64,000 nt of DNA from Malacoraja senta (taxonomy: Eukaryota): assembly GCA_038087875.1 (NCBI GenBank), contig CM075988.1:14262001-14326000 (forward strand). Direction: 5' to 3'. Shown one piece after another: positions 38,451-51,154 of the stretch (within the stretch, counting starts at the first letter, position 1; every line of letters begins with the position of its first letter). A model generated the notes under the pieces. It ran no database searches and was not told the DNA's origin. It saw only the letters and a list, made by a program, of their open reading frames with translations. Made by a program: the position numbers and the translations under genes.

Positions 38451-39144
38451 TGGTACCCGGACGTGGCGTCGATGGACGAGAAGCCGAAGCAAAGAAGTCA
38501 AAGCCAAATAGCCGAATGGAAACTAAGCCGAAACGCCAAATAACAGAAAGCAAACCAAGCCGAAATGCCAACGAACCGAAAGCAAACCAGGCTGAAACGC
38601 CAACAAACAGAAAGGGCAGGACGCCTAAAAGTCAACTAACCGAAAGGCTGCGTCGCCTAAAAGCAAACTCACCGAATGGCCGCTCTGTCGAAATGCCACC
38701 TAACCGAAAGGCTGCGTCGCCTGCAAGCCAACTAACCGAATGCCTCTCTGCCGAAAAGTCAAATAACGGACATGACGTCGCCGGGGGGGGGGCGGGACTT
38801 GTCAGTAATTGTGCCAGACCCTCACATCCATCACAACACTGGCCGGTGGAGACGGGAGGGTCGGGGTCATTTTCCCACACAAGCCATTATTTGACTTTTC
38901 GGCAGAGCGGCATTCGGTTAGTTGGCTTGTAGGCGACGCAGCCTTTCGGTTAGGTGGCGTTTCGACAGAGCGGCCATTCGGTGAGTTTGCTTTTAGGCGA
39001 CGCAGCCTTTCGATTAGTTGGCTTTTAGGCGTCCTTCCCTTTCAGTTCGTTGGCGTTTCAGCTTCGTTTCCCTTCGGCTATTTGGCTTTGACTTCTTTGC
39101 TTTGCCTTCGGCTTCTCGTCCTTCGACGCCACGTCCGCACACGG
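38451..39144. mobile_element. Foldback non-autonomous DNA transposon (~300-bp inverted arms), possibly CACTA/EnSpm-like
   Basis: 38458-38767 is inverted to ~38887-39136. Many internal CCGAA/TTCGG repeats, putative 2-bp TSD CT. Confidence 0.75.
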
Positions 39145-40490
39145 CTCCTTCGCAGCCATTCCTATCAGCTTAAATGAAATTAAGATGTTATTGGTCTTCA
39201 GTTCACTCAATGGTGTTTCCTTAGGAGTTCCCAAATTTTGGCCCAGCAATGAAGAAGGAAGGACGAGGGAATACAATTAATGACATTGCTTTTCGTTTCC
39301 ATCTCTTCTCAGCTAGAGAGGTTGCAGGGAAATTCACTTGTGAAATCATGTTTGACAATTTGCTGCAGTGCCAACTCCTGGTCTCATAAGACCATCAGAA
39401 TATTTTGTTCCCTTGATATTTCTTTTCCAGTACATGTGGAGGCCACTTCATCATTAACTTTTCCAAACTGCAGCTGAGGCTTAATTTAGAAATTAATTTA
39501 TAAGCAGTCATTTCTGATGAACTGGGGAAATCCCATCAGCAGTAATAAATGGTCTTGCTTCAAAGGCGTTATTATTTTTTCTTCCAGAGGTAGAAGTAGA
39601 CAAAGTTGGCAGCACACGTATAAACTGTTGGCATAGGGGTGTAGTTTATCAAACTGAAGTGCACAGTTCAGCTGCCAGGTATAATTAGCATAAGTGAAAG
39701 AGCCATCGAAGATCTGCCTTTGGCATGGCTGGCACTGAAAATGCATCTTGCACAGCGGCACAGTGGTGTATTGTCATTATTTGCAATGATCTTGTCTTTG
39801 GTGCAAATTTTTAAAATGGTTGATAATTGGCAGCTGCTCTTTATTGGCCAGAGTGAACAGTTGGACTACGAAGAGCAAGAATTATGGATTGTCTTTTAGA
39901 TCGAGTCAGCTTCCTCCCAAAACTCTGGACCTGTAATTACTAACAGTGCATAAAAATAATGAAGCAGCTAATTACTCATCCTGTAGGCACCACTATTATT
40001 TATTGCCAAAGGAAAATTGGACCAACATTCTTTTTATTTTTTTTTCTTCTTTTTTTCTTCTTTTATCTGAGCCTTTTATTTTGGTCAATGAGTAAATCTA
40101 TTAACATCTCAATCAAATTACCTCTCAATTAAATACATGATCATATAGACAGAGTGTTTGACATATTCTTGAAATAATTTTGGTAATTTACATTTGGGGA
40201 AAAAATACACAACGCAAGCCAAAGACTTTACCAAATAAGATCTAGACAACAAACTTAAAAAGCACACGAAGCACTGGACAAGATGGGGCCTCATATTCAA
40301 TTGGAGCAACATGCTGCCCACCATAAAAATCTCAAGAGAACTGTGAAGCTGGTCTTAATTGCAAGGTTAAGTCCTGCTCTGATATTAGTTAAGCTGCTCG
40401 ACCCTACCAGTGCTGTTCACTCTCGCTAGGTGCCACATTTAACATTATTACTGATTGTCCTACCAACCAAACTATCCTCTCCTACCAGTA

Positions 40491-40599
40491 GGGGTGGCAC
40501 GGTGGCGCAGTGGTAGAGTTGCTGCCTTACAGCGCCAGAGTCCCGCGTTCGATCCTGACTATGGGTGCTGTCTGTACTGAGTTTGTACGTTCTCATAAG
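40491..40599 (+). mobile_element. HE1-like SINE 5' part (3'-truncated)
   Basis: ggtggcgcagtggtagag..gttcgatcc. Confidence 0.8.
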
Positions 40600-40711
40600 A
40601 ATACTGAAGAGCAATAACATCTTAATTTCATTTAAGTTGATAGGAATGAACAACAGCTTTTCCAGGGAGTTGTCCAGCATCTCACCAGGACAATCACCAA
40701 TATATGGCAGA

Positions 40712-41015
40712 TATGTGGTAAAAGCTGGTGGAGCTGCTGCCTCACAGGTCCAGTGGTCCAGCTTCAATCCTGACTTCCAGGGTGATGTTCTCTCTGTGAT
40801 GGCATGGGTTTCCCCTGAGTGCTCTAGATGCCACCCAATTCCTAAATAGCAATGGATTGGTAGGTCAATTGAGCACTTTAAATTGTCCTTAAAGTAGGTA
40901 GATGGTTGAATCTGAGGGGAATTGATGGGAATGCAGGGAGAATAAAGTGGGATTAGTGTAAATGGATGCTTCATGATTGGCATGGACCTGGTGGGCTGAA
41001 GGTTCTATTTCCATG
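40712..41015 (+). mobile_element. Diverged V-SINE
   Basis: gagctgctgcctcacag..gggtttcccctgagtgctc..ggtgggctgaagg. Confidence 0.7.
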
Positions 41016-42686
41016 GTAAATGACGCCAGGTCTCTGTACCTCAATCAATGATAAATGTGATTCAATGAAACAACCTAAAAAATGATTTATGAGCAAGGTA
41101 ATAAACTTTATTAATTGAAAATATATACCTAATTCATGAAAAAAACATATGCAGGGAATACATTCGGCACACGTCTTTCTGTTCATTCCTTGTGCTAATA
41201 AATCAGTACATACTCCTATAATGAATCAAGTCATGTTTCCTCTTTAAACAACCCACTCATGAAGTATTAAACGGGACTCTTTCACCCTTAATGACCAATG
41301 GCAGAATGACCCCAGGCTCTTCTCCTTCCCCACAAAGCCTTTGTGGTGACTACACCAAGTTTCAGTGTGGCCCTCAGAATGTACTTCTGCCCCTGTATTA
41401 TTGATCACTGGATATTTATTTGTGTGCTTTGTGTTAATGGGCCTGTAAAGCTGCAGCGAGTAAGAAGTTTATTGCAGGTACAAATGACAATGAAACACTT
41501 GACGATCTTGACACCCTGACACATGCCAATTGGCAGTATTTGATTTCAGACGTGTGCTTACACTGGAAGACCAACAAGTTTCAGGCTGACCGTAATTCAT
41601 CTTTGGCACAGTGATGATCCTCCAGCAGCAAGTGAGATTTGTCTCAGTGTATGTCCCTGAGAGCAGCCCATTGTTCTCTATTACGTTGCTGCTCCAGGAC
41701 AAACAAGACAAGGACCCTCTTGCAGAAGGGAGTACACTCTCAATTAATGGCAGCATCAGATACAACAACAACTTGCCCCCATTATGCTCAGATCTTAAAG
41801 ATCCACACATACAAAAATATATCACTACATTAGAGTTAAGGTAATACGTTATTATAAAAAAACAACTTGTCACATGCTTTCACGGCTGTGAGTATTTCAG
41901 AGCATGAAAGCATTTGAAAATTGAATATTTAATCCATTAAATAGGTTGCTCATTCAGGAAAGGGAAGAGAACAGGGAGATACATTCAGCTCATCCGCATA
42001 TGCATAAACAAGATGAGCAGTCACCCTTCTCTCCAAACTAATAGATAAAAGAGTCTAATTTACCAGTCTAAACCAGGAATACGGTAGAATAGTTGTTGCA
42101 ATGTAAAATCCTGTATGGAACGTAATACAGAGGGATCGAAAGCAAAAGTGAAAGAAAACTTTGGATATTATGATTTTTAAACAATAATAATTAAAATCTG
42201 AAGGGATAAGAGTCCTTGCTGTAAAAGTCAATTTTAGGGCCAGAGATTGATTGATGGTAAGAAGGATTTTCAGGTGATTAAAAATTCACTGACATTCAGT
42301 TGACAACCTGTAACCCTTCCTGGTGTGTGAGGTGGGAATTGACGAGGAAGCTCTATTGCTTCTTGCCCCTGATGTGACTGTGTGCCAAACCTCACTGTGA
42401 AGCAAAGGTTCTGAAGGAACAAGCAAGTTTTACCTTCCCAGATGCTACTTTGAAATACCTGAGCTTCCTCTCCTAGTTATTTTCCCGCCATTGTTAAGCA
42501 GCCCCTTGACACAGTGTAGCTTTCCTCTCAGAGTTAAGGATGACTTCCTTCTGTTCCAGATCTGGGACAGCTGCTGATGCCAATCTGGGACCTATACTAT
42601 GCCATAGTCAGATAGGAGGCACTGACGGGCTGAGTGGTCGCTCTGTTTGGAAAACAATGTTCTCCTCTAGACTTTACTTTAGACTT

Positions 42687-42972
42687 TGTAGATACAGCAC
42701 GGAAACAGGCCCTTAGCTCCACCAATACTGCGACGACCAGCGATCCCCATACACTAATACTATCCTATACACTAGGGACAATTTACAATTTTACTGAAGC
42801 CAATAACCTACAAATCTGTACATCTTTGGAGTGTGGGAGGAAATCGGAGCACCCGGAGAAAACCCAAGCGGTAACCCACAGGGAGAACGTACAACATCCA
42901 TACAGACAGCACCTGTAGTCAGGACCAAGCCTGAGTGTCTGGAGCTGTAAGGCAACAACTATACTGCTGCGG
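42687..42972 (-). mobile_element. HE1-like V-SINE
   Basis: Same family motifs. Confidence 0.85.
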
Positions 42973-43061
42973 CTTCTGTGGTTACCAATGAATGGACTTA
43001 AGGTTTGCAACGTTACATGAATGGTCCTGGGCAAAGGTTTCCAGGAGCCAGAGAGGAAAGC

Positions 43062-43473
43062 CAGATTGTCCGATCAGCTGAGAAGGTTATTGGCTGCAAC
43101 CTTCCCTCCATTGACGAACTGTACACTGCAAGGGCCAGGAAGCGAGCGGGTGTGATCATCTCTGACCCTTCTCACCCTGGCCACAAACTCTTTGAATCAC
43201 TTCCCTCTGGAAGGCGACTCCGGACTGTCCAAGCTGCCACAGCCAGACATAAAAACAGCTAATAGCTCTACTCAATGACCAAACATCTGTAGGCTCCTTT
43301 TGCTCTGGTATTTTATTTAATTCACATGTTTAATCAATAATGTTTTATTATTAATGTTTAATGTTTTATGTATCATTCTTAACTGTCACTGTATGTCATG
43401 TTGTCACTTGCTGGCAGAGCACCAAGGCAAATTCCTTGTATGTGAATACTTGGCCAATAAACTTATTCATTCA
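43062..43473 (+). mobile_element. Rex1/Babar-type LINE 3' end
   Basis: IVRSAEKVIGCNLPSIDELY..DPSHPGHKLFESLPSGRRLR, then AATAAA and (attc)n tail. Confidence 0.82.
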
Positions 43474-44351
43474 AAGCTACACTGTGTCAAGGAGATTTTT
43501 GAAAACACCTTCACATCATTTATTCTGTGGCTTTGAAATCTTTTGATTCTAAGAATAGAGTGCAAGCCGTGGCAGTCTGTTGCTGAGCATGGGGATGGCG
43601 TTGGCTGCCCACTGGAACTTTCCGAATGCCTACAACCTTGATGCTGGGGACATTGCCAGGGTAGGAAGCTGATGTTGATTTGCTTCTGCTGCCAACAAAT
43701 GTGTCACATTTTGCTAGCAGTATCTTTCTAGTGAGGATATTCTATCGTTAAATATGTCACTGAAGTATTCAGAAGGGAAGGGATTACTGCTGCCTGTAAG
43801 ATCATGACTGTTCAAAACAGAGACAGAACATTCAGGAGATACTATTCAATTGGGCAAAGGATGTACTGGTGTACTGGAACCCATGCTGAGTTTCATCATT
43901 AATGTCTTCTTTTGTCAAGAGATGGCTCCTGAAGCACAGGCTGCCCGTTGAAATTTGGTTTCTATTTATTTTATAATAGCCGTGAACTCAGCCAGCCACA
44001 GTATTGTAATCAACGTAGAACAGAGCTGTTATTGCAAGTACATTCTGGGATAAAATGATCTCAGTCTATTTTATTTGTAGCCAGTATATAATTCTCATCA
44101 AAATGCAGCTGATATGTAGAGGACTGGTGAAGGACATCATTGAAATGAAGAATCTCAACCAAATGATAGTTTTATTTCTCAAATGTAAAACGGTGGTGAA
44201 TAGTCTGTTTCTTTCAGGAGAAGAGCCTGAGCTACAGGGAGAGGTTGTGCAGGCTAAGACTTTATTCCTTGCAATGCAGAAGGCTGATGGGTGATTTATA
44301 GAGGTGTATACAATCACAAGGGGACTAGATAGGGTAAAGGCAGAGTATTTT

Positions 44352-44825
44352 TCCTCTCTCCTCCTTCCTCCCCTCCCCTCTCCCCCTCCCCCTCCCCCTC
44401 CCCCTTCTCCTCTCCCTCTCTCCCCATCCCCCTCTCTCCTCCTCTCATCCCTCCTCTCCAGAGCCGGAGGGGGGCGGAGGGAAGGGGGTAGAGGGTGTGG
44501 AGAGGGGGGGATGGAGAGGGGGGGCGAGGAGGGGGGAGGGGGAGAGGAGGAGAGGAGAGGGGTGGAGAGGGGGAGGAGAGGGGGGGAGAGAGGGGAGGAG
44601 AGTGGGAGATGGAGAGGGGGAGATGGAGAGGGGATTGGGAGAGAGGGGGGATAGGAAGAGAGGGAGAGAGGGAGAGGGAGAAGGGGGAGGGGGGAGAGGG
44701 GAGGAGAGGAAGGAGGAGGGAAGAGGGGGGAGGGGGAGATGGGGAGGAGAGGGGGAGGAGAGAGGGGGGAGAGGAGGGGGGAGGAGAGGGGGGAGAGGGG
44801 GGAGGGGGAGAGAGAGGGAGAGGGC
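44352..44825. repeat. Polypyrimidine tract followed by a polypurine (GA-rich) tract
   Basis: CT-rich 44352-44459 and GGGGAGA-type 44466-44825. Confidence 0.9.
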
Positions 44826-45381
44826 GGACTTGAACTCGGTGAGTGGGCGGCGCGGACGGGGCCGACTGCGAACGGGCGGCGGGCCTCGGCAGCTCTCGGG
44901 ACCTCTCGGATCCTCTGAAGCCCTTGGAAGCCCAACCAAATTAGTGCGTGTTCAGCGGCTTCAATCCAGAGCCCGGGGGGGGGGGGCGCTGTGGATGATC
45001 AGCAGAGTGCGAGTTACGGGGGGGGGGGGGGGTTTACATAACTCGCAGCTCGTGGAAAACAGTGGCCAGCAGGCTGCGCGTTGAAAGCTCTGCGCAACTG
45101 GCCGCGAGGAGCAGAGCCATTGTGACATCATCAACTCGTTAGCTTCAGCTCGTTAACTTCAAAAAATATCTCAGATTGGTGAACGTTGAAGAAATAACGC
45201 AAGAAATAATGAATCAAAATTTTCAGATGAGGCGATTTTCAAGATCATGAGGTAAATCTCTACCGGAATATGTAAAAATTTCACTGTTAGCACGTCGGGT
45301 TTTCGAGGAGATGTGAATCACACACAAGCAAACAAATAAATACATAAACATCCAAGATCAGAGTTTTATAATCATATAGAT
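44352..45381 (-). mobile_element. Helitron-like non-autonomous fragment with a large GA/CT low-complexity tract
   Basis: 5' end TCTATATGATTATAAAACTCTGATC..gtttg. Shares the ccattgtgac(g/a)tca motif with the 10472-11520 units. Confidence 0.55.
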
Positions 45382-45390
45382 AGATAGATA

Positions 45391-45890
45391 CATGATAAGG
45401 GAATAACGTTTAGTACAAGATAAAGCTAGCAAAGTCCAATCAAGGATAGTCCGAGGGTCACCACTGAGGTCAGCACTGCTCTCTGGTTGTGGTAGGATGA
45501 TTAAGTTGCCTGATAACAGCTGGGAAGAAACTGTCCCCGAATCTGGACAGCGTGCGTTTTCACACTTCTATACATTTTGCCTGATGGGAGGGGAGAAGAG
45601 GGAGTGGCCAGGGTATCCTTGATTATGTTGCTAGCCTTGCCGAGGCAGTGTGAAGTATAAATTGAGTCAATGGAAGGGAGGTTGGTTTGAGTGATGGTCT
45701 GTGCTGCGTCCACAATTTGCTGCAATTTCTTGCGGTCTTGGATGGAGCTGTTCCCAAACCAAGCTGTGATGAATCCTGATAAAATGCTTTCTATGGTGCA
45801 TCTGCAGAAGTTGGTGAGAATTGTAGGGGACATGTCATACTTCCCAAGCCTTCTAAGGAAGTAGAGGCGTTGGTGTGCTTTCTTGGTCGT
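45391..45890 (-). mobile_element. Rex1/Babar-type LINE 3' fragment
   Basis: KKAHQRLYFLRRL..CTIESILSGFITAWFGN..LQQIV..LPSIDSIY (DUF1891-like C-terminus). Confidence 0.82.
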
Positions 45891-46913
45891 TATTTTATCA
45901 AAAGTCGTTTGGAAGTCCACATCCATTACATTATCTCTTAATTTCTCATTTATCTTGACAGCAATTAATTTAACCAAGCATAATTTCCCTTCAATAAATC
46001 TGTATTAGAACTTCTTTATTGGGCTGCGCATATTTAATTGACTGTTTATGTTCTTCCTGAATAATGTACCTGAAAGCTTTCCCACCAAACTGATTATCTG
46101 GTAATTACGAGATATATATTTTCCTTCTTTTTTGAAGAAAGGTTTTTGTTTCTCCATCTTCTGTAACACCCATGTCCAGCTAATGTTTATCTTATCAAAT
46201 CACCTAATACCCATTTCACCCTCTTCCTAAAACATTGTCCTTATCTAATGCCTCAGCTGTGCTTTATATCTCCACTAAAGAACCGCCAGCTTGAAACCTA
46301 ATTATCCTCATCGGTCCTCCACTATTGAAGGCCTAGAGACCCTTTACCTTAGTCATTACACTGTGCCTTTGCCCTTTTTATTTCCATTCTCATATTTTTT
46401 TCCTCCATTCAGCCAGATGTTCTCTTATCATACATGCATCTCTTAGACTGCGTTATCATCTGGGCAGATCTGGCATCACGCCCTCGATTATCCATTGTTC
46501 TGCATTCTGTATCTTTCCCTTCACTCTGCTTGTTGTACTTGAGTTTGGCTTGGATGGATTTATGTATAGTATCACTTGATTTGATTGGATAGCATGCAAA
46601 CAAAGCATTTCACTGTACTTTGGTGCACATGACAATATTAAACCTAAACCTTGATAGGAAGTACCCGATCCCTTTTCAGAACCAAGCATAGCTACATGTA
46701 ATTTCTGACTGTTTATCATGCACTCAAATTTACTCGTCAGATTTCTTCTTAATTTGCTATAATTGCTAAATATACTCAGAAACCCCTCGTGGTACATCCT
46801 ACCAGAATATCTTACAAATTGGCTCCCACATGCCACAAAAAAACCTGTAACTTTTTATTTGCCAATAAATAATTTTTTTTTGAAAATCATTCTGGTATAG
46901 ATTAGACATCAGA

Positions 46914-47201
46914 ATGATGCAACGGTAGAGTTGCTGCTTTACAGCGCCACAGACCCGGATTCAATCCTGACTGCGGGTCTTGTCTGTACGGAGTTTGTAT
47001 GTTCCCCCCCCTGACCGCATGGGTTTTCTTCGGGTGCTCCAGTATCCTCCCACACTCCAAAGATGTACAGGTTTGTAGATTAATTAGTTTCGGTAAAATT
47101 GTAAATCGTCCCTAGTGTGTAGGATAGTGCTGGTGAACGGGGTAATCATTAGTCGGTGTGGACTCAGTTGGACGAAGGGACTGTTTCCGCGCTGTATCTC
47201 C
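46914..47201 (+). mobile_element. HE1-like V-SINE
   Basis: Same family motifs. Confidence 0.85.
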
Positions 47202-48274
47202 AACGTAAAATCTAAAGACTATGTTAAGTCAAACATTAACTTCATTGACCTTCACTGCACTTGCTATTATTAAATATCGCTCAAAATTAATATATTGCAT
47301 TGTGTTATAATTGGCTTTCTACGAAAGTCAGTTGAAAAAATTGCAGGAGAGTTTTGTATAACCCATTATTGTTACCTAATCTGTTTTCTCAACCTCAATT
47401 ATTGTTTGTTGTTCATGACAGATTGTGCTATTAAATTGTAAACTGAGTAGGAAGCCATTCCCTTTTGCAGAGGCTGTTCAGGGCCCTCTAGCCATAATGT
47501 TAAATGGCTCAATTACACCTTTCCTCCACAAATGAGCTACCAGATCCTGATCAATCATATTGTACTGTCACCTGTTATCAAGGCTAGATCCCAGTCTTCA
47601 GATGAACAGAAAAGATTCCCTTCTTTTTATAGGAAAATTATCTAGCCAAAAGCTATTGATCAACTACTATCTATTGACCCAGTTCAGTTGGTGTTTAGAG
47701 ATCCAACTTGTGCACTGATTGAGTGCAATGTTTACCTTAAAACACACCAAAAGGCTAGCTTTCATTCATAGCCATTGACTTAGCTTACCATCAACGATAT
47801 AAGATTAAACTTTCTTTCTCCTAATGTTCCAAAAGCTAAGAAAATGATCAGAGAGTCATACAACACAGAAATAGGCCCTTCGGCCCAATTTGCCCATGCT
47901 GACCAAGATGCCCCATCTACACTAGTCACACCTGTTTGTGTTTGTACCTCTAAACTTTTTCTGTCCATTAAATATTTAATAAAGCACGGGGTAATGAAAA
48001 TTAAAAGTGTATCTTAGAAATATGGAATAGGATTCAGAAACACACCAAACGAGTAAGGAAAAGCTATATCGGAGATGAATAGAATCCTTCTGATACCAAT
48101 GCTGAAACCGAAAGTGAATTAAAGATGGCAGATTATGTGATGTTTTGAAAGTGGTCCCAGCTGGCCAGTTTTTGCCCTCATGCTAAAGTTTATTTGTTCC
48201 ATTTCTGGTTAGAATGTGGATTCTGGCATTTTCTTTAAGCTTGAGAATTGCGGTGCACAACGGGTTGAAAGTGC

Positions 48275-48675
48275 AAGACACAAAGTGCTGGAGTAACTCA
48301 GCCTTCAGGTAGCATCTGTGGAGAACATGGATAGGTGACGTTTGTACTTTGTCTTAAGAATGGTCCGACTCAAAACATTACCTATCCATGTTCTCCACAG
48401 ATGCTGCCTGATCAGACTGCTGAATAGTCTGAGGAAGGGTCTCGACCCGAAACGTCATCCATTCCTTCTCTCCAGAGATGCTGCCTGTCCTGCTGAGTTA
48501 CTCCAGCATTTTATGTCTATCTTCGAAACCAGCATCTGCAGTTCCTTCCTACACATGCTGCCTGATCCGCTGAGTTACATCTTGTCTCCCACGTGTCACA
48601 AAACACACTTTAACTTTTTATTTGCCAATAAAGATTTTTTTAAATAAACGAGCATCTGAAGTTCCTTGTTTCTAG
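48275..48675. mobile_element. Nested Penelope-tail repeats
   Basis: Inverted pair at 48277-48412, intact core ctgaggaagggtctcgacccgaaacgtca at 48429-48457, then further tail copies. Confidence 0.75.
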
Positions 48676-48746
48676 GTTAAAAGTGCAACAAGACTGGTTG
48701 AGTGGAACTTGCTAAGTTCCAGTCAACCAGTCTCCACACAACCTAA

Positions 48747-49033
48747 TGGCGGTCACGGTAGCGCAACGGTAGAGTTGCTGCCTTGCAGCGAATGCAGCGC
48801 CGGAGACCTGGGTTCGATCCCGACTACGGGTGCTGTCTGTACAGAGTTTTTACGTTCTCCCCGTGACTTGCGTGGGTTTTCTCTGAGATCTTCGGTTTCC
48901 TCCCACACACCGTACAGGTTTGTATGTTAATTGGCTTGGTAAATGTAAAAAATTGTCCCTAGTGGGTGTAAGATAGTGTTAATGTGCGGGGATCGCTGGT
49001 CGGCGCGGCCCCGGTGGGCCGAAGTATCTCTAA
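48747..49033 (+). mobile_element. HE1-like V-SINE, young subfamily
   Basis: Intact A and B boxes (gggttcgatccc), CpG-rich, (CTAAA) tail. Confidence 0.87.
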
Positions 49034-49834
49034 ACTAAAACAAAAACTAAAAGTGTCAGCACAACAAGAGATTTTGCAACTCAAATGGATATGTTTGTGC
49101 AAGGAGTGAGAATTCCTTCTTGACAACTGTGTTATTTTTAAATCTTCAAAATAATTTTCATTTCTAGTGAAGATATATCAGGACAGATCTTCATTACAGT
49201 CATCACTGTAAAGGAGGAGCAATGGAGCTAATTGAAAAAGGTCATTTAAATTCAGTCATGCAGGAACTACATCTTAACAAAGAATTATGTCAAAACTGCC
49301 TCACAATACCAAGCCAGCAGTCTTAATCTTATAAAACACTTAAAGTAGCTAAAAGAACAGATGATATTACTGAAGGTCAATATTTTTCATTCTCACAAGA
49401 TTGTCCACTTTAACTTGAGTCTAACAGCTTCTTCTCAAACATCTTGAAAGTGATAGTGTCAACTCGGTGTCCTTTCTACGGCAATGATGTCACTTGTAAG
49501 TAAATATGAACTCTAACTATTACAGTATTAAGTTCCATCCAGTGTTAGGGAGCATATATCTCCCTGTACAATTGCTGGTAACAGCTTGTGAGATTTGGTT
49601 CCATTCACTGCCACAGCAGACAAATGCCATGATCTCGGCAATGATTATAATATCACTTTTGAACTGTGAAACTGACAAGACTGAGAACTGTATTCAAGCT
49701 GTAAATTGTGCTGCTGCCAAAATTTGCTGCAGAAGATATCCTGAGCCTTTGAGATGGATCAATAAATAAGCACTTGAGTCAAGTTAAATTATGTCAGATT
49801 TAGTAAGCAGACTTACATTTCTTAAGTAAGAAAC

Positions 49835-50135
49835 GTACAGAGTCTCTTGCCCAGAGTAGGGGAATCAAGGACCAGAGGACATAGGTTTAAGGTGAAGGGG
49901 AAGAGATTTAATAGGAATCTGAGGGGTAACTTTTTGCACTCAAAGGATGGTGGGTGTTTGGAACGAATTGCCAGAGGAGGTAGTTGCGGCAGGGACTATT
50001 CCACCATTTAAGAAACAATTAGACAGGTACATGGATAGGACAGGTTAAGAGGGATATGGGCCAAATGCAGGCAGGCGGGACTCGTGTAACTGGCACGTGT
50101 TGGCCAATGTGGGCAAGTTGGGCCGAAGGGCCTCT
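49835..50135 (+). mobile_element. CR1 3' fragment
   Basis: Homologous to 15770-16070. Confidence 0.8.
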
Positions 50136-50739
50136 ATACCTTTAGGAGAGGAAGTATGATACTGAACGACACATTAACTGTTTTAGGTCCAGATCTCACC
50201 AGCTGTTACTCAAGCTTCCTTTTCAACCTAACTATCACCTAACTAACTAACATACTTTGAGGTGAGCAAGCAGCCTATATAGGCATGATCACTTTGACAT
50301 CGTTGGGAGCGATCAGTTCCTTGATAGTTGTCAGCATCACACCTTGTATCAACGAACATTGAATGGTCACTACTAGGTCAACAGGAATAGCAGGTTTATC
50401 CATGTAATAGGTTGGAAACTACCAACTATAAGTACTTTTGAAATATTATTAAATTCAAAATAAAACTTATTGGGAGCAAAGTGAAAAGACCTCTAAAAGG
50501 AATCTCAGCTTGGAAGGTGCCTGCTTGAACTGAAGCAAACAAGTCTCCAAATTCATGTTGACTTCTAATCAAGAGAGTTGCAAGGCCAGTCAATATTAAT
50601 GCGCTGTTGATTGCGGTGGTGACTTGGGGGGTGGGGGGGGATTGACTTATCCCCTGAGCCAGGACTGACTTTTCCCAGTTAAAGTTGGCTTCCAATATTT
50701 GTTCTTGAAGGGAAGGTGAACCAGGAGTCTTAGCATACA

Positions 50740-50885
50740 TCATAGAGTCATACAGTGTGGAAACAGGCCCTTTGGCCCAACTAGATCACACTAGCCAACA
50801 TGCCCCATCTACACTAGTCCAACCTGCTTGCATTTAGCCCATATCCCTCTAAACATGTCCTATCCATGTACAGTACCTGTCCAAA
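50740..50885 (-). mobile_element. CR1 3' tail
   Basis: catagagtcatacagtgtggaaacaggccc..ccatatccctctaaac. Confidence 0.7.
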
Positions 50886-51154
50886 AGCTTATTTTGACTT
50901 ACCAGTGATTGTGACAGCCAAAATTTGCAGGATAAAATGGGCTCCTTGATTTTTCAATACTGCACTAGAAAGCCCAGCAGAGGGAATGGTCAAATGCCTG
51001 AAAACTACAGGAAGACAGGCAGCCCGCCAAACCTAGGAGGCAGTAGAAGGTTTGTGGAGGTCAAGCCTCAGTACCTCGATGCAATGCACGTGTGATTGAG
51101 ATCAGTGATTTATTATCAAATTCCAATACTGCCAAATGCACCTTTAAAATCAGC

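Noticed and set aside
38384..39276. Overlapping 182/122/82-aa ORFs
   Set aside because: Artefacts of the GC-rich palindromic element: mirrored peptides appear on both strands.
40491..40565. tRNA-like A and B boxes (also 48747, 58889)
   Set aside because: These are heads of tRNA-derived V-SINEs followed by V-domain sequence, not tRNA genes.
44066..45084. Long Pro/Ser- and Gly/Glu/Arg-rich ORFs (up to 289 aa)
   Set aside because: Translations of the GA/CT low-complexity tract, with no domain or splice support.
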